Shown here in pieces: positions 62,198 to 64,000 of a DNA stretch of 64,000 nucleotides. The notes below the pieces were generated by a model. That model did no database searches. It saw nothing but the letters and a program-made list of their open reading frames with translations, and was not told the origin of the DNA. The DNA is from an uncultured Chloroflexia bacterium (lineage in GTDB: Bacteria; Chloroflexota; Dehalococcoidia; UBA2247; RBG-13-53-26), in contig CAVRFM010000009.1 of NCBI GenBank assembly GCA_963720375.1, forward strand, positions 25,202 through 89,201. Reading direction: 5' to 3'. Numbering within the stretch: the stretch's first letter is position 1; each line of letters starts with the position of its first letter. A program made the position numbers and the translations under genes.

Positions 62198-63116
62198 GGA
62201 CGAGCTAAGAGGGTTTACCCCGCAGCGTGAGACCGTACTCACTATCGGTGTTTTTGACGGCGTTCATCTGGGCCACCAGCGCCTGATAGATTACCTGAAG
62301 AGGGAGGCCGCAACAAGGGATTATGTCCCCGGAGTGGTGACCTTCTGCCCTCACCCGCAGCAGGTGCTGTCGCCCCGAACTTCATTGCCTCAGCTGACTA
62401 CCCTGGAGGAAAGACTCAGGCTCATCCGTGAGTTGGGTATTGATCTTGTCGTTCCTCTTTCCTTTGATCAGGAGTTGGCCCAACTTTCGGCTCGCCATTT
62501 CATCGCTTTGCTGCAAAAACACCTCAAGATGCGCGGCCTGGTTATCGGCCCTGATTTTGCACTGGGCAGGAACAGGGAGGGGGATGTTTTCTCACTCCAT
62601 GATCTGGGGAAGGAGGTTGGTTTCTGGGTAGACGTTGTTTCGCCCGGAATGATAAACGGAGATGTGATCAGCAGCACCGCCATCCGCCAGGCTCTGGCAA
62701 AAGGTGAAGTAGCCAAGGCAAACCGGCTTCTGGGGCGGTCTTTTGCCCTGAGCGGGCAGGTTACTCATGGAGACGAGCGGGGCAAGCAGTTGGGCTTTCC
62801 CACTGCCAACCTGACTGTACCCACCATCCAGGCGCTGCCTGAAGACGGAGTGTATGTCACCAGGGCTTACCTTGGCAGCCATACATATGCTTCAGTGACC
62901 AACATCGGCAGGAGGCCCACCTTCGGGAAGGGAGACCGGACTGTCGAGGTTTACCTCATTGGTTTTAACGGTGTGGCCTACGGGAAGGAAATCAAGATTG
63001 AGATAATAGAGCGGTTGCGGGACGAGAAGCGCTTTCCTACCCCGGAGGACCTCAAGGCCCAGATAAACCGGGACGTGGAAAAGGCAATGTCGATATTGGA
63101 GAAGGTGGAAAGATGA
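62187..63116 (+). CDS. ribF: bifunctional riboflavin kinase / FMN adenylyltransferase
   Basis: [12 protein letters not shown] nucleotidyltransferase motif. C-terminal riboflavin kinase domain (PTANL, GxY). 309 aa. Confidence 0.9.
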   Translation: MRAEDELRGFTPQRETVLTIGVFDGVHLGHQRLIDYLKREAATRDYVPGVVTFCPHPQQVLSPRTSLPQLTTLEERLRLIRELGIDLVVPLSFDQELAQLSARHFIALLQKHLKMRGLVIGPDFALGRNREGDVFSLHDLGKEVGFWVDVVSPGMINGDVISSTAIRQALAKGEVAKANRLLGRSFALSGQVTHGDERGKQLGFPTANLTVPTIQALPEDGVYVTRAYLGSHTYASVTNIGRRPTFGKGDRTVEVYLIGFNGVAYGKEIKIEIIERLRDEKRFPTPEDLKAQINRDVEKAMSILEKVER

Positions 63117-64000
63117 CTGCCAGGGTGCCGGCCTCCCTGCTGAAGCGGGGGGTAGCGGAAATCATCAGTGAGCAGGAGATGGTGAAGCTCCTGGAATCCG
63201 GCAGGCCGCTGCGACTGAAGCAGGGGTTTGATCCCAGCCGCCCTGATATTCATCTGGGGCACGTTGTCGGGCTCCGCAAGTTGCGCCAGTTCCAGGAGAT
63301 GGGGCATCAGGTCATTCTCATTGTCGGCGACTGGACGGCCCAGATCGGGGACCCCAGCGGCCAGTCAATTACCCGTCCCATGCTGACCGCCGAAGAAGTG
63401 AGGCGCAACGCCGAGACGTATCTGCAGCAGTTCTTCAGAGTGGTGGACAAGAGCAGGACCCAGGTGAGGCTGCAGAGCGAGTGGTTCGGCAAATTCAACC
63501 TGAGCGACGTTATCAGACTGACCAGCAAGTTCACCGTGGCCCAGTTCCTGGCCCGGGAGGACTTCAGGAAACGCTTTGACAGCAGCCAGCCCATCGCCAT
63601 CACTGAGCTTCTCTATCCTTTGCTCCAGGCATACGACTCGGTGGCCATCGAGGCCGACGTGGAGTTCGGCGGCATCGACCAGAAGTTCAACTGCCTGGTA
63701 GGTCGGGAGCTGCAGGGGATGGTGGGACAGCGCCAGCAGCAGGTGTTCCTGGTTCCTCTTCTGGTGGGCACCGATGGCGTCCATAAGATGAGCAAGAGCC
63801 TGGGCAACTACATCGGCATTGATGAGCCGCCCTATGATATTTACGGCAAGGTGATGTCCATCCCGGACAATTTGATTATGCCCTACTTCGAACTCCTGAC
63901 TGATGTTGCTGGCAAGGAACTGGGAGAGATGAAGCAGCAGCTTGATTCCCAGTCGGTTCACCCAATGGAACTCAAGAAGCGCTTGGCACGAGACATCGTG
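63113..64000 (+). CDS. tyrS: tyrosine--tRNA ligase, 3'-partial (runs off the window)
   Basis: HLGH (HIGH-class) and KMSKS motifs, GDWTAQIGDPSG. Not in the ORF track because no stop lies inside the window. Confidence 0.9.
   Translation, partial: MTARVPASLLKRGVAEIISEQEMVKLLESGRPLRLKQGFDPSRPDIHLGHVVGLRKLRQFQEMGHQVILIVGDWTAQIGDPSGQSITRPMLTAEEVRRNAETYLQQFFRVVDKSRTQVRLQSEWFGKFNLSDVIRLTSKFTVAQFLAREDFRKRFDSSQPIAITELLYPLLQAYDSVAIEADVEFGGIDQKFNCLVGRELQGMVGQRQQQVFLVPLLVGTDGVHKMSKSLGNYIGIDEPPYDIYGKVMSIPDNLIMPYFELLTDVAGKELGEMKQQLDSQSVHPMELKKRLARDIV

Overview
This 64-kb window reads as one chromosomal segment from a Gram-negative-like or Chloroflexota-like anaerobe; the lineage is an inference. GC is about 56% except for the first ~0.9 kb, which is about 40%. 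About 70 genes are supportable. The main content is: (i) a DUF134 / NifX-like / Mrp-NBP35 / MBL-hydrolase operon; (ii) a P3-type P-type ATPase; (iii) a five-gene two-component cluster (MEDS + multi-PAS histidine kinase, two single-domain receivers, a PAS-HisKA_3 kinase, a NarL-type regulator) next to a GT4 glycosyltransferase; (iv) a long oxidative-stress and redox island at 4.5-36 kb (NADH oxidase, TrxB, hemerythrin, DJ-1/PfpI, SOD-like, ferritin-like, Rieske, WrbA, two rubrerythrins, ferredoxin, nitroreductase, MsrB, MsrA, pirin); (v) a 2.3-kb two-gene cassette flanked by ~80-bp hairpin-forming inverted repeats; (vi) a ~1180-aa PKD plus tandem-repeat surface protein; (vii) an uncharacterised CoA-binding / Fe-S / biotin-carrier cluster with a radical SAM enzyme and a Lon-like protease; (viii) housekeeping genes (EF-G paralog, etfBA, aroH, DAHP synthase, ribF, tyrS). 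No rRNA, tRNA or CRISPR array was found by eye. Three features are not explained by the gene calls. Two families of near-identical intergenic repeat elements occur (A: 3 copies; B: 2 copies). A 50-aa in-frame fragment at 5900-6058 is paralogous to the C-terminus of the 45019 protein. At least seven genes carry single-base frameshifts, mostly an extra base next to a short homopolymer, which points to assembly indel errors or recent pseudogenisation.
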